Source: Petroclostridium sp. X23
Lineage (GTDB): Bacteria; Bacillota; Clostridia; SK-Y3
Assembly: GCF_030013905.1 (NCBI RefSeq)
Contig: NZ_CP124862.1
Coordinates: forward strand, 1,241,051-1,305,050
Reading direction: 5' to 3'
DNA: 64,000 bases
In this document: one piece after another, positions 41,136 through 51,249 of the stretch
How the letters are laid out: each line of letters begins with the position of its first letter
Position numbering within the stretch: the stretch's first letter is position 1
The notes under the pieces: model-generated
What the model saw: the letters and a program-made list of their open reading frames with translations, nothing else
What the model was told of the DNA's origin: nothing
Database searches by the model: none
Position numbers and translations under genes: made by a program

Positions 41136-42617
41136 CTATATAGCCGCATTAGAAAGTGTTGTTATATTCAAATCTTCTCCATCAAGTTGGCCTGTAACCC
41201 TTCCCTTTAGCATTACTATAACTCTATCGCAAGTTGCTATAACTTCTGCCGCATCATCAGATACAACAATAATCGCCATACCACTATTTGCTAGTTCTCG
41301 TAATAATTTGTGAATATCATATTTTGCTCCAATATCTACCCCCACCGTAGGTCCATTAAGAATAAGCACCTTGGGCTTATTTGCCAACCACCGTGCAAGT
41401 ACTACCTTTTGTTGATTTCCTCCCGATAAGGTCTGTACCGGCAGATTATGATCTTTTGTAGCCACTCCTATTTCGTCAACCCACTTCTGGGATTCTTCTG
41501 TAATTTTTTTACTGCTTAATAAACCGAACTTATTTGCTACGTCATCCATTCTTGTGACCGTAATATTTTTCTTAATAGACTGCGGTAAAAACAGCCCCTC
41601 TGTCAACCTGTCCTCAGGAACTAATGCAATACCCAATTTTTGTGCTGCAGATACACTGGAAAGTTTTACTTCTTTTCCCTCAACAATAATCTGTCCGCTA
41701 GTGGGCTTTAATAATCCGAAAAGCGCTAGTGACAATTCAGTTCTACCAGACCCCAGCTGACCGGTAACTCCTAGGACTTCACCTTCTCTTAGTTGAAAAC
41801 TGACATCTTCAAACCCTGGTGCACATAACCCTTTAGCTTCAAGTACTACTTCTCCAAGTTCACATTTATTTATAGCCTCTTGCGTGTCAAAATTTCGCCC
41901 CGTCATGTAGTAAGCAAATTTTTCCTCTGTCATTTCTTTGGCCGGACATGAAACCACATTTTCACCATTTCTTAAAATAGTAATGCTATCCGATATTTCG
42001 AAAACCTCGTCTAGCTTATGAGATACAAATAATATGGTTACACCGTTTGCTTTTAGATTTTCAATAATCTCAAATAGCCGATTGACTTCTTTTTTAGTAA
42101 GTGCTGTTGTAGGTTCATCCATAATAATCAATTTCGCATTATCAAGTAATGCTCTTGAAATAGCAATTAATTGCTTATCTGCAACCGGTAATGTCTCAAC
42201 AATTGCATCTAAGTCCACATCAAAATTAATCTTCTTTATTGCTTCTTGTGCTATTCTTCTAAACGCTCTTTTATTCGCTATTTTCTTTTTTTCTGATAGC
42301 ACTTGATTAAACGCCAAATTTTCCATAACCGTCAAATTGGGGAAAATAGAGAAATCTTGATATATAACTTGGATGCCCGCTTTTATGGCATCCGCCGGTG
42401 TAATATTTTGCATTTTTTGTCCATCAATCTCAATTTCGCCGGCATCAGCTTTATAAAAGCCGGATATGACCTTTATGATGGTAGATTTCCCACATCCGTT
42501 TTCTCCCGCTAGACAGTGCGTTTCACCTTTTTTAATGGTCAAATCTACCCCTTTCAGTGCATGAACTCCACCAAAAGATTTTTTTATCCCCTTTACTGAA
42601 AGAATGTTATCTACCAT
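41136..42617 (-). CDS. Sugar ABC transporter ATP-binding protein with duplicated ABC domains (RbsA-like)
   Basis: Two Walker A sites (GENGCGKST; GQLGSGRTE) and two signatures (LSGGNQQKV). Confidence 0.75.
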   Translation of the reverse strand: MVDNILSVKGIKKSFGGVHALKGVDLTIKKGETHCLAGENGCGKSTIIKVISGFYKADAGEIEIDGQKMQNITPADAIKAGIQVIYQDFSIFPNLTVMENLAFNQVLSEKKKIANKRAFRRIAQEAIKKINFDVDLDAIVETLPVADKQLIAISRALLDNAKLIIMDEPTTALTKKEVNRLFEIIENLKANGVTILFVSHKLDEVFEISDSITILRNGENVVSCPAKEMTEEKFAYYMTGRNFDTQEAINKCELGEVVLEAKGLCAPGFEDVSFQLREGEVLGVTGQLGSGRTELSLALFGLLKPTSGQIIVEGKEVKLSSVSAAQKLGIALVPEDRLTEGLFLPQSIKKNITVTRMDDVANKFGLLSSKKITEESQKWVDEIGVATKDHNLPVQTLSGGNQQKVVLARWLANKPKVLILNGPTVGVDIGAKYDIHKLLRELANSGMAIIVVSDDAAEVIATCDRVIVMLKGRVTGQLDGEDLNITTLSNAAI

Positions 42618-42709
42618 ACTCCTCTCCCTCTCTTACTTTTAATTGATGCCGGCACGAATGCCGGCATCAATATGTATATCTATTTATTTATCAAAGTCAA
42701 TGCTCAAAA

Positions 42710-43810
42710 CTAGAAATCATAATTATCAATGTTATCAGCTGTGATTTCAATATCTGCTTGACCAATAAGACATTTGTTTGCACCTTTTGATAATTTAACG
42801 CTTTCATAACCTTTAACATCTAAGTTCGAACCATCGCCTACTTCTTCACCTGCGAGAATCTTAGCTGCAATTGAACACATAGCATAACCGGCATCCTTTG
42901 GATCCCACAATTTAATTTTCGAAATAGTTCCGGACTTTACATAAGCCTTAAATTCGTTAGGTGTGCCTACCCCGACAATCTTAACTTTTCCCGCTAATCC
43001 TAACTCCTCAACAGCTTTTGCAATACCTGGGCAGTCGGTAGATGCCACACCGGTAAATCCTTTCAAATCCGGATTAGCTTTTAAAACTTCTTTTGCTCTC
43101 TCGTAGGATGTATCAATACTTTCTTCAGATTCACATGTTGGAACAGCACCATTATTAACTAATTCCATGTTTGGATATGCTTTTAACTGTCTTTCATGTT
43201 GAGCAGTTGCATATTCCATGTGAGTTGTGGAAGTTGTATAAGCAACCATTAATGCGTATTTTCCTTTTTGATCCATTTCTGTAGCAAGTGCATCCATTAG
43301 CGCCGCACCAAAATCATTTGCAGTAAATGCTTCTACGTCGAATAACGTATTTACCTGGTTAGAAGCCTCATGAGTAACTACAACAATACCTTTCGACATT
43401 GCATTTTCAAGAGATGCTTCGATTGCACCCGGATCAATAGGAACTACACAAAGTGCATCTACACCTTGATTAATTAAGTCATCAATAACTTGGACTTGTG
43501 AAGCTGCATCCGCATTTGCAGGACCTTTTTGAATTACATTGATGGACTGTTTTTCACCAAATTCATTTACACCGATTTCCATTCTTTTGAACCATGCAGC
43601 TGTATTATCTTTAGTAACAACTGCAATTGTCCATTCTGATTTGTCTTTATCAGATTTATACCGAGAAATATCAAATAAGTCTGTAGCAACCTTTTCTGTT
43701 GTGTTTTTGTCTGTTGTCGTTGTTTTTTCTCCCTCTTGACTACATCCTGTAAATGAAAATGTTATAACCAACCCTAACAATAAAGCTATTATCTTTTTCA
43801 TATTTTTCAC
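42710..43810 (-). CDS. Sugar ABC transporter periplasmic-type substrate-binding lipoprotein (RbsB/LsrB-like)
   Basis: Lipobox LVITFSFTGCSQ. Periplasmic-binding-protein type I fold pattern. Confidence 0.65.
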   Translation of the reverse strand: MKNMKKIIALLLGLVITFSFTGCSQEGEKTTTTDKNTTEKVATDLFDISRYKSDKDKSEWTIAVVTKDNTAAWFKRMEIGVNEFGEKQSINVIQKGPANADAASQVQVIDDLINQGVDALCVVPIDPGAIEASLENAMSKGIVVVTHEASNQVNTLFDVEAFTANDFGAALMDALATEMDQKGKYALMVAYTTSTTHMEYATAQHERQLKAYPNMELVNNGAVPTCESEESIDTSYERAKEVLKANPDLKGFTGVASTDCPGIAKAVEELGLAGKVKIVGVGTPNEFKAYVKSGTISKIKLWDPKDAGYAMCSIAAKILAGEEVGDGSNLDVKGYESVKLSKGANKCLIGQADIEITADNIDNYDF

Positions 43811-43884
43811 CCTTACTCCCTTTCATTTTGATTTTATCCTCAGCCATTTGTTATCTGCTTTTAGGAACCAAATACCTTTTTCTG

Positions 43885-44472
43885 CTACTCAACATTACGA
43901 TGTCTACTAACCATTTCTGATGCTGTAATATTCATTTCTTCTCGTAATTGCATGACTAAGACATCAAACAATATTAATAATGTCTGTTCGAATAGATTTC
44001 CCATAAGCTGTTCTGATGGGACGAAATTACCTACTGCACGATATGCAGCTGCAGGAACCATTACAATCTTATCCGCTATTTTCGCGATAAACCCACCGCT
44101 AGATGCCGTAATCAGCGCTAACGTAGCGCCGTTATTTTTTGCTTGTTCGCAGATATAATTTTCATGTCCCACATCTGCTGACCCGCATGCACAGATAAAC
44201 AAGTCTCCTTCTCCTATAGATGGAGTTGTATCATCCCATATCCAATAGCTTTTCTTACCTAAGTGCATTAATCTCATTGCAAAACTTCTGGTAGAAAGAC
44301 CTTCACGTCCAGCTCCTAACAAAAAAATCCGTGGGGCTTTTTTAATCATTTCCAACAATTCTCTAACTGTCGTATCGTTCATCCTATCAAATACGGCATT
44401 CAGTTCACTCAAAGCCATTTGGGACAATTCCTTAAAGCGATCTGCCATTCTTTCACCTCCCCTCTTTATCAA
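43885..44472 (-). CDS. 6-phospho-3-hexuloisomerase family SIS-domain protein (HxlB-like)
   Basis: IFLLGAGREGLSTRSFAMRLMHLG ... MGNLFEQTLLILFDVLVMQL closely follows the PHI/HxlB pattern. The likely start is the internal MADRFKEL. Confidence 0.65.
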   Translation of the reverse strand: MIKRGGERMADRFKELSQMALSELNAVFDRMNDTTVRELLEMIKKAPRIFLLGAGREGLSTRSFAMRLMHLGKKSYWIWDDTTPSIGEGDLFICACGSADVGHENYICEQAKNNGATLALITASSGGFIAKIADKIVMVPAAAYRAVGNFVPSEQLMGNLFEQTLLILFDVLVMQLREEMNITASEMVSRHRNVE

Positions 44473-44950
44473 GTTGTTCCAGATCTTTCATGCCTGCTTC
44501 ATGATTACCAGCATATTTAGCAAAAAGCCATGCTTCAATCATCCTAATAGCCTTTGGTACATCCATCATCCATGCACCTGTACACAAGATGTTTCCATTG
44601 TTATGTTCTTTACTTAATACCGCCGGCAAAACATCATAGCAAAGAACTGCTCTAATGCCAGACACTTTATTAGCTGCCATCGCCATTCCTTGTCCTGTAC
44701 CACATATCAAAATTCCATAATCATAATTTCCAATTGCCACTTCATCTGCCACCTTCTTAGCAGCCACGGTATACAATCCTTCCTTTGATGAATTACAACC
44801 CACATCGTCGATTTTGTATCCATTAGCTCTCATAACCCTTAATACTTCGCACTTAAAGTCATATGCTGCCAAGTCACATCCAATAATTAATTTTAACTGT
44901 TGTTCCATTCTTCTTTTCCCTCCTTTTTCTTTTTCTTCGTTCTGTTTCAA
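44453..44950 (-). CDS. RpiB/LacA/LacB-family sugar-phosphate isomerase (ribose-5-P / allose-6-P isomerase B-like)
   Basis: KLIIGCDLAAYDFKCEV ... GILICGTGQGMAMAANKVSGIRAVLCYD. The likely start is MEQQLKL at about 44908. Confidence 0.7.
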   Translation of the reverse strand: MKQNEEKEKGGKRRMEQQLKLIIGCDLAAYDFKCEVLRVMRANGYKIDDVGCNSSKEGLYTVAAKKVADEVAIGNYDYGILICGTGQGMAMAANKVSGIRAVLCYDVLPAVLSKEHNNGNILCTGAWMMDVPKAIRMIEAWLFAKYAGNHEAGMKDLEQLDKEGR

Positions 44951-44964
44951 ACCGCATTAATGTA
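44951..44964. promoter_or_regulatory. LacI-family operator-like palindrome upstream of the sugar operon
   Basis: TGTAACCGGTTCCA, near-palindromic with a CG centre. A second copy lies at 46029-46042, just upstream of the regulator gene. Confidence 0.45.
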
Positions 44965-44997
44965 ACCGGTTCCATTTTTGAGTAAAAATTTATGCGT

Positions 44998-46011
44998 CTA
45001 AAATGTCTGACGCATAAATGGAGCTTCAAGAATTATTTTCTGCAATGGCATTTCTGGAAATGCTATTCTTTGTATCAATAATTCCATTGCTTTCTTTCCC
45101 AATTGATAGGCATTTCTCTCAATATAATCATAAGGAATCCCTAAGATATTTAACATTCCGACTTTATCCAAAGCAATATTTGTATAATCTTTGGGTACTT
45201 TTTTCCCTACCTCATAAATAGCCTTTAAGAACCCTTTACTTGTTTGATTATTACAAGTCACTACTGCTGTTGGTTGTTCATTTAGTTTTAACAATTCTTT
45301 CGTTAAGTTATATGCTGAATCCATAGAATAGTCACCAAAAAATATATAATCTTCACATAGTGTCACACCAGCATCTTTCATTGCATCCATGAAACCCTGC
45401 TGTCTTTCTCTTGCTAATACTCTTTCCTGGGTTCCATTTATTATAGCTATCTTTCTATGTCCATTTTCAATCAGAGCCGTTACCGACTCATAAACGGCCT
45501 TGTAATCATTGAAAAAAATCCCATCATGATTAAGTCCTATATTCCTATCTACAACGACTACCGGGGCACCGAGTTCTTTTAATTTTTGAGTTACTTTTTT
45601 CTTTTCTTTATCTGTTGAATAGTCAATTGCCGGATCGTAAATCAAGCCTCTTATCCTATGAGATTTCAACATATCAAGAGCTTTTAAATCTTTATCTGCA
45701 CTGTCATCAGTATTACAGCAAATTAGAGTCAGATCATTCTTATCTGTAATGTCGATAACACCTCTAATCATCTCCCCAAAAAAATTATTATCGACTTCTG
45801 GCACAATTACACCAATTGTTGAAGAAACTTGCTTAGATAAACTCCTTGCTGTTGCAGATGGACTATAACGATTCTTCTTCATCACATCCAAAACATGCTT
45901 TCTAGTTTTTTCATCAACTGCTGCAGAATTATTTAAAACCCTTGACACTGTTGCTTTTGATACTCCTGCCTCCTTAGCTATATCTGTTATTGTAATGTTA
46001 TTCTTACCCAT
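44998..46011 (-). CDS. LacI-family transcriptional regulator
   Basis: N-terminal HTH (ITITDIAKEAGVSKATVSRVLNN) plus a periplasmic-binding-protein-like effector domain. Confidence 0.8.
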   Translation of the reverse strand: MGKNNITITDIAKEAGVSKATVSRVLNNSAAVDEKTRKHVLDVMKKNRYSPSATARSLSKQVSSTIGVIVPEVDNNFFGEMIRGVIDITDKNDLTLICCNTDDSADKDLKALDMLKSHRIRGLIYDPAIDYSTDKEKKKVTQKLKELGAPVVVVDRNIGLNHDGIFFNDYKAVYESVTALIENGHRKIAIINGTQERVLARERQQGFMDAMKDAGVTLCEDYIFFGDYSMDSAYNLTKELLKLNEQPTAVVTCNNQTSKGFLKAIYEVGKKVPKDYTNIALDKVGMLNILGIPYDYIERNAYQLGKKAMELLIQRIAFPEMPLQKIILEAPFMRQTF

Positions 46012-46256
46012 TATCCGCTTCTCCCTTTGTAACCGGTTCCACGTATTTAATTTTAGAATAATTACAACAAAATGTCAACTAATATAATATTTTTTTACTA
46101 ATTTTATTAAATTGCATAATTGCAGAAGTATATTTTTATGCATATTTTCTACTTTTAAAAGAAAAGAAGTGTGTTACCTTCGGACTAAATTCCACATAAA
46201 GCTCTTTGGCATTTAGCTTTTCAAGATCATTTTTAGTGAAACAGTGTGGCAGCCGT

Positions 46257-46556
46257 GTATATGACTAACCCCACCATTAATATTCTCTTGCGTCCATATT
46301 TATCGCTTAACGGTCCCCAGAAAAGCGTTCCAACTGCATAAAAAACAAAGAAGAGAATGATAGTGAGGTCTATAAGACCTGAAGACGAATCTAAACTTTC
46401 TGCCATACTGGCAATGCCGGAAGATAAAGATCGGTAGATAAACGAATAAAAGCACTTAAAAATGCGATTAGTACCGCTAAACCTTTATCGCCAAGATATC
46501 TTTGTGTGTTTGGATTGTTATTAACTTGATCATTTATATTATTCATGTCTAGCTCC
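46257..46556 (-). pseudogene. Degraded MFS transporter gene fragment (Bcr/CflA-like N-terminus), frameshifted and truncated
   Basis: Minus-strand translation: MNNINDQVNNNPNTQRYLGDKGLAVLIAFLSAFIRLSTDLYLPALP, then a stop. A second frame continues ...GTLFWGPLSDKYGRKRILMVGLVIYTAATLFH, then a stop. Confidence 0.5.
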
Positions 46557-46642
46557 TCAAAGCATTATTATTTTTAATTGTAATGAAAGCTATATTAGAA
46601 ATATTAAAACCGTTTTACAGATTAATGAGAATTCCTTTAAAA

Positions 46643-47374
46643 TTATGGCTCCATAAGTATCTTCAACATTTTCTCCGTATTATTCAAAAAAGTTCTCATA
46701 GTCTGATAATGTTCTGTTTGTTCATATTTCACTTCATTAAAATTTTCTTCCACCTGCAATATCCTTGAATTAGGATATGCCATAATGATGGGGGAATGTG
46801 TTGCAATGATAAACTGAGATTCTTGCTCCACCAGTTCATGGATTCTTGCAAGCATAGCCATCTGTCTAGAAGGTGATAGTGCCGCTTCCGGTTCATCTAA
46901 TATATATAATCCCTGCCCTGAAAATCTATTCATAAACACCGCGAAGAATGACTCACCATGTGATTGCTGATGCAGTGAAACGCCACCATACGATTCAATA
47001 ACCTCAAGTTCATCAATATTTGTAGCGAGATTATAGAAACTCTCAGCCCGGAGAAAAAAGCCGTCTCTGGGTCTTTTTATTCCTTTGACTAATTTGATAT
47101 GTTTATATAAATCAGAATGGGTATTATTAGATGAAAAACTAAAATTCTTAGTTCCACCTTCAGGGTTAAAACCATATGCTACCGCGATTGACTCTAAAAT
47201 CGTTGATTTCCCGGTTCCATTCTCACCTACAATAAATGTGACATTGGGATGAAATTCTAACTCATGTAAATTCCGAACAGCGGTCAAGCAAAAAGGATAC
47301 TCGGAATTAGTATGCAATTTTTCTCTATATAATTTCATACTACGCAAATATTGGGTTTCACTCAATAATCTCAA
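46643..47374 (-). CDS. Stand-alone ABC/SMC-like AAA ATPase (AAA_21-type), function unknown
   Basis: Walker A GENGTGKST, Walker B LYILDEPEAALSP, H-loop ATHSP. 243 aa with no partner gene. Confidence 0.6.
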   Translation of the reverse strand: MRLLSETQYLRSMKLYREKLHTNSEYPFCLTAVRNLHELEFHPNVTFIVGENGTGKSTILESIAVAYGFNPEGGTKNFSFSSNNTHSDLYKHIKLVKGIKRPRDGFFLRAESFYNLATNIDELEVIESYGGVSLHQQSHGESFFAVFMNRFSGQGLYILDEPEAALSPSRQMAMLARIHELVEQESQFIIATHSPIIMAYPNSRILQVEENFNEVKYEQTEHYQTMRTFLNNTEKMLKILMEP

Positions 47375-47580
47375 TATTCTCCTCCACTATTTTATATCAA
47401 AATTTTATCATAATATCGATATCAAATTAAACGATTTATAATATGTTAAAAAAATTTATTTTTCTTTATAAGTGTACTACAGCTTAAGGTAAAATCATCT
47501 ATTGTATTATCCATGCTATCCTAATTTATTCTGATATATCGTTGGATAGCTCCTAGAGCAATACAATATCCTCTAGTTCT

Positions 47581-48468
47581 TTATTCTTCAAATGATTGCT
47601 CGGACTCTTCTTCATAAAAATCCAAAAACGAATACTTCTTTCCGCCTTTTTCCCATCCTAAAACGGAATTCAAGTTTACATTTTGGGCTGATTGGAATAT
47701 ACACTTATCCACATCATTAAAGTTTTTTTTCAGCGCTTTTATCAATTGCTTTACCTCCCGGCGCTTGCTGGATGTCTTTTGTGCTGCCACAACACACCCG
47801 CAATTCATTGCCATAATGCCGTTACTACTGGTAAAACGTTTTATATCATCTTCTTTGACATAATACATGGGACGTATCAATTCAACCCCTTTAAAATTTT
47901 TTGATTTTAATTTCGGCCGCATGGTTTTAAAACTACCGGCATACAACATATTTAGCATGGTGGTTTCTATCACATCATCAAAATGATGCCCCAAAGCCAG
48001 CTTATTGCATTCTAACTCCTGCGCTTTGGCATAAAGATGGCCTCGCCGCATTCTTGCACACAGATAACACGGATAATCGCTTGCAATATCATCAATCACC
48101 TCAAAAATATCCGTCTCGAAAATCTGCACCGGAATATCCAGATGCTTGCAGTTATTCATTAACATCGTCCTATTGCTGTCATAGTATCCGGGGTCCATCG
48201 CGATGAATTCCAGTTCAAATTGGATCTTTCCATGGCGCTTTAATTCCTGAAATAATTTTGCCATCAGTAAGCTGTCTTTCCCACCGGAAAGGGCCACCGC
48301 AATTTTATCACCGTCCTGAACCAGTTTAAAATCGTTAATTGCTTTATTAAACCTCGTCCATATATGCTTTTTATATGTTTTCGTGATGCTCCGTTCAATT
48401 TCTTTAAGCGTTTTCCTTTCACCTAAAGGAATGACTACTTCACAACCGCTTCCTGCTATACCACTCAT
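47581..48468 (-). CDS. ttcA: TtcA-like tRNA 2-thiocytidine synthetase / PP-loop ATP pyrophosphatase
   Basis: PP-loop SGGKDS. CxxC motifs (CYLC; MAMNCGC). 295 aa. Confidence 0.65.
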   Translation of the reverse strand: MSGIAGSGCEVVIPLGERKTLKEIERSITKTYKKHIWTRFNKAINDFKLVQDGDKIAVALSGGKDSLLMAKLFQELKRHGKIQFELEFIAMDPGYYDSNRTMLMNNCKHLDIPVQIFETDIFEVIDDIASDYPCYLCARMRRGHLYAKAQELECNKLALGHHFDDVIETTMLNMLYAGSFKTMRPKLKSKNFKGVELIRPMYYVKEDDIKRFTSSNGIMAMNCGCVVAAQKTSSKRREVKQLIKALKKNFNDVDKCIFQSAQNVNLNSVLGWEKGGKKYSFLDFYEEESEQSFEE

Positions 48469-48696
48469 CCTATCACCTCATCAACACACAAATCTTCCGA
48501 ATATTATTCCCTAGTATTCATATATATATTAACGTATAGCAGTTTTCTTAGCAATACAATTTTATTTATATATACACTCATCAATACATGTCCCTGATAA
48601 AACAAATATCCTTAGCCTAATACTTGGACTAAGGATATATTATCTTGTGATATCTTTTCGTGCACGCCGATCATGATATACATAGAAAACACAAAT

Positions 48697-49359
48697 TTAA
48701 TTTTTATTGCTTAATAATGTTTCTTTTAACTGCTCAACACACATTTTCGGACTGGAAAGCACGGTGCATCCACATATCTTTTGGATCGCTTCTTCCAAAT
48801 GAGCCATGGACGCTTGAGCTAGTATGATAACATCCTGCTGCTTGATCTCCAGCGATTTTCTCTTAAGGATTTCATCATGATATTCCTGGTCACCGGCTTT
48901 AATTGCCACATAGGCATCCGGACAAACCATCAAGCTGATTTCCAGTTCCTTATTTAGTTTTTCCGCTTCATAAATCAGTTTGCTCTTGGTGGGCTCCAAT
49001 GTACTGTCTGCTGTAGCAAGAATAGTGATCTTCGAACCCATCTGTGCCGCCTTTCTGATCATCGCTTCATCAACGGTGATCAATGGCGTTTGTATAAACG
49101 GACGGATTTTCTCTACTGTCGGCGACAGTGTGGAACATGTTACCACGATAGCGTCCGGTTCTGTCATCTCAGCACATTTTATAAAGGATAGAAGCCTATT
49201 CATATTATTTACGGTGAACTCACCTTTTTCCGCGGGATCACTAGCAAGATATTCATCCACCGTATTGACGATTTTCACATCGTCTATTACTTCTTTAATT
49301 CTACCTGCGAAAGTAGCATAAACGCTAGGTACTGTGTGGATTAAAGATACTTTATACAC
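48697..49359 (-). CDS. Asp/Glu/hydantoin racemase-family protein (arylmalonate decarboxylase/maleate isomerase-like)
   Basis: 220 aa with paired Cys-containing half-sites (VVTCSTLS; ...AQASMA). Family-level call only. Confidence 0.45.
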   Translation of the reverse strand: MYKVSLIHTVPSVYATFAGRIKEVIDDVKIVNTVDEYLASDPAEKGEFTVNNMNRLLSFIKCAEMTEPDAIVVTCSTLSPTVEKIRPFIQTPLITVDEAMIRKAAQMGSKITILATADSTLEPTKSKLIYEAEKLNKELEISLMVCPDAYVAIKAGDQEYHDEILKRKSLEIKQQDVIILAQASMAHLEEAIQKICGCTVLSSPKMCVEQLKETLLSNKN

Positions 49360-49385
49360 TCTTCTCCCCCCTTGCGATTTTATCG

Positions 49386-50213
49386 TTATTTATAAATTTT
49401 ATTTAAAATCGGTCTCAGATGTTCCATAGCACCTCTTGCCGCCGTCTCTTGATCCGGTATCTGGAATATCTCCGTACAGAAAGCACCGTCATATCCCGTT
49501 TGCTTAAACGCATTGATAATCTTTTCAAAGTCCAGTCCGCAATGTCCGGGATATCTTCTGTTATTATCCGCCAAATGTACATGTATATTATATTCCGCAT
49601 ACTTTTCAATCATTTCGAACATGTTCTTTTCTTCGATATTCATATGGAAAACATCCATCATGATTTTAAAGTATTCGTTATCAACATCTTTTACCACTTT
49701 GACAGCTTCTTCGATGGTATTGATAAAATTAGTCTGCATCAAAGTAACGTTTTCCAACGCGATTTTTACATTTTTCTTCCCGCCGTAGTCACTGATTTCT
49801 TTAAAGGCTTCAATGGCATATCCGTAAGAGACTTCCCGGGGCAGTTCATTACAAAATTGCCCTCTTACTCTTCCGATATTGATGATAGCGCCAAGATGTG
49901 CGGCAAAGTCAATGATTTCCTTTACTCTTTTTCTGGCCTCTGCTCTTTTCTCTGCATCTTTATCCATAAAAGATAGATTTAGCTGGCCGAATATCTCACC
50001 GGTACAAACAAGAGCAATATCCAGCTTATTCTTTTCCGCTTCTTTTTTCACTTGGTCCCAATCCAACTGCAGCGGATTCAATGTCATAAGCTCTACTCCA
50101 TCGTATCCAAGCTCACCTAAACTGCCGAAGGTATATTCCAAATCTCCTTGAAAAGCAGTGACGGCAGGAGAGATGGCAACATCCGGCGTTGCTACCTGAT
50201 AGCATAATTTCAT
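49386..50213 (-). CDS. Sugar phosphate isomerase/epimerase (xylose-isomerase-like TIM barrel)
   Basis: ALENVT..., DVFHMNIEE, HVHLADNNR metal-ligand pattern. Confidence 0.55.
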   Translation of the reverse strand: MKLCYQVATPDVAISPAVTAFQGDLEYTFGSLGELGYDGVELMTLNPLQLDWDQVKKEAEKNKLDIALVCTGEIFGQLNLSFMDKDAEKRAEARKRVKEIIDFAAHLGAIINIGRVRGQFCNELPREVSYGYAIEAFKEISDYGGKKNVKIALENVTLMQTNFINTIEEAVKVVKDVDNEYFKIMMDVFHMNIEEKNMFEMIEKYAEYNIHVHLADNNRRYPGHCGLDFEKIINAFKQTGYDGAFCTEIFQIPDQETAARGAMEHLRPILNKIYK

Positions 50214-50238
50214 AGTCTTAACCTCCTATAGATGATAA

Positions 50239-51249
50239 TTAAAAAACTTTAGACCATGCTTTCCTTAAAACACGTTTTGCCCCAGCTATGATCACTTCAG
50301 AGTCCTCATAAGGTCTGGGTTTTATTTCAAAACTTAGAATAGGGCGATTCTCCTTGTTCAGATACCCTATTTCCAATAGCACTTTTAAGAACTCCGTTAC
50401 TTCCTTTACATTATTTTCACTATTCGGGAACCCAAATCTTGGATGCTCATCTCCATAAGCTTCCATAGACGGATCCTTTATAACCGTATTACCGATATGA
50501 ACATGCTTCACATGCTTAGCAATTGGTAAAATCGCTTGTCTCGGAGTTTCCCCTAACATCGGAAGATGGCTTAAATCTACCATAATCCCGAAATTATCGT
50601 ATTCTTTAGATACTTCGGCTACATATCTTTCCACTAAAGCCACAGGGCCAAGTAAACTTTTCTTATCAATATTATAATCAAATACCTCCAGCAGTACCGG
50701 CATGCCGCCTTTCTGCTGCGCATAGCTGCAAAGCTCTTTTGTAGATTGGATAAGCGCTTGCAGCGCTTCTTCTTTGCAGTCTTCATCATACCTTCCGCTT
50801 AAAAACGCAAAACTTTCCGCGTTCATATCGTAGGCTTCATCGATACCTTCTTCCAAAGCTGCGAGCGCATTCTTTCTGCCTTCTTCATTTAAATCATTAA
50901 TATTCAGTCCATTAGAAAGTAACCTGGAGTGCCCTGCATAGGATACATCCAATTTACTTACCTCTATTACTTTCTTAATTTCATCCCTAATACTATTATC
51001 TTTGATATGCCCAATCTCAACTACATCAAAGTAATCATCTGCAGCAACCTTCTTGAATGATTCCAGAAGGCTTTGACCATCTTTAAACGAAGAAGGAAAT
51101 GCCATACTTTGAATAATTCCTATTCTCATATAATCCTTGATATTTTCCATGCACTTCCTCCTTGATTCACACAACATTATTGAACTGTTTCTTGTTTCTT
51201 TTTGATAGCCTTCATAATGACCGGAGCAAAACAGAAACCTATAACACAA
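50239..51249 (-). CDS. Xylose-isomerase-like TIM-barrel protein, second copy
   Basis: LLEVFDYN, MVDLSHL, HVHIGN pattern. The likely true start is MENIKDYMRIGII at about 51153, behind GGAGGAAG. Confidence 0.5.
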   Translation of the reverse strand: MCYRFLFCSGHYEGYQKETRNSSIMLCESRRKCMENIKDYMRIGIIQSMAFPSSFKDGQSLLESFKKVAADDYFDVVEIGHIKDNSIRDEIKKVIEVSKLDVSYAGHSRLLSNGLNINDLNEEGRKNALAALEEGIDEAYDMNAESFAFLSGRYDEDCKEEALQALIQSTKELCSYAQQKGGMPVLLEVFDYNIDKKSLLGPVALVERYVAEVSKEYDNFGIMVDLSHLPMLGETPRQAILPIAKHVKHVHIGNTVIKDPSMEAYGDEHPRFGFPNSENNVKEVTEFLKVLLEIGYLNKENRPILSFEIKPRPYEDSEVIIAGAKRVLRKAWSKVF

